32,000 nt of DNA from Erysipelotrichaceae bacterium MTC7 (GTDB lineage: Bacteria > Bacillota_I > Bacilli_A > Erysipelotrichales > Erysipelotrichaceae), in NCBI GenBank assembly GCA_001695645.1, contig LVZN01000056.1, positions 75,333 through 107,332 of the forward strand, written 5' to 3'. A model generated the notes under the pieces. The model searched no databases, was not told the DNA's origin, and saw only the letters and a program-made list of their open reading frames with translations. The first letter of the stretch is position 1. Each line of letters opens with the position of its first letter. A program made the translations under genes and the position numbers. This document shows, piece after piece, positions 31,980-32,000 of this stretch.

Positions 31980-32000
31980 CTTGGTTTATTCCATATATTG

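Noticed and set aside
1-32000. Searched for CRISPR repeats, IS/transposase or integrase genes, tRNA/rRNA genes, and direct repeats flanking the exporter locus
   Set aside because: I saw none. The exporter locus is flanked by ordinary terminators and promoters, not by inverted or direct repeats, so I cannot call it a mobile element or genomic island from this window.

Overview
Gene-dense chromosomal segment of a low-GC Bacillota-type genome. The assignment rests on a type-B RNase P RNA, a T-box leader and gene order resembling Bacillus subtilis. About 45 genes are present, and all but recU-ponA lie on the minus strand.

Contents from left to right:
(1) The promoter-proximal part of a histidine operon, read leftwards as hisZ-hisG-hisD-hisC-hisB' (hisB truncated at the window edge), behind a consensus sigma-A promoter and a His (CAC) T-box leader.
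(2) A five-gene export locus bounded by strong terminators: a C39 peptidase-ABC exporter and an HlyD/LcnD-type accessory protein, plus three uncharacterised partners. These are a 57-aa two-TM protein, a 160-aa soluble protein and a separately terminated 111-aa Trp/Ala-rich hydrophobic protein. No canonical double-glycine cargo is visible. This is the only accessory-looking region and the best candidate for something undescribed.
(3) A cellobiose-type PTS operon (IIB-IIC-IIA) followed by three small genes of unknown function, a DUF871/MupG-like enzyme and a GntR/HutC regulator. A perfect TGGTATATACCA palindrome sits between the operon promoter and the first gene.
(4) A housekeeping block: DUF885 lipoprotein, YitT, proC, miaB, ferredoxin, ymdB, rny, two tandem DUF2200-like paralogues, recA, cinA, pgsA and rodZ.
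(5) rnpB, whose 5' end overlaps the gpsB stop codon, then divergent recU-ponA, a GIY-YIG protein and an M42 peptidase.

I saw no rRNA, tRNA, CRISPR array, transposase or integrase. All functional calls come from motif and pattern recognition by eye; no database search was possible.
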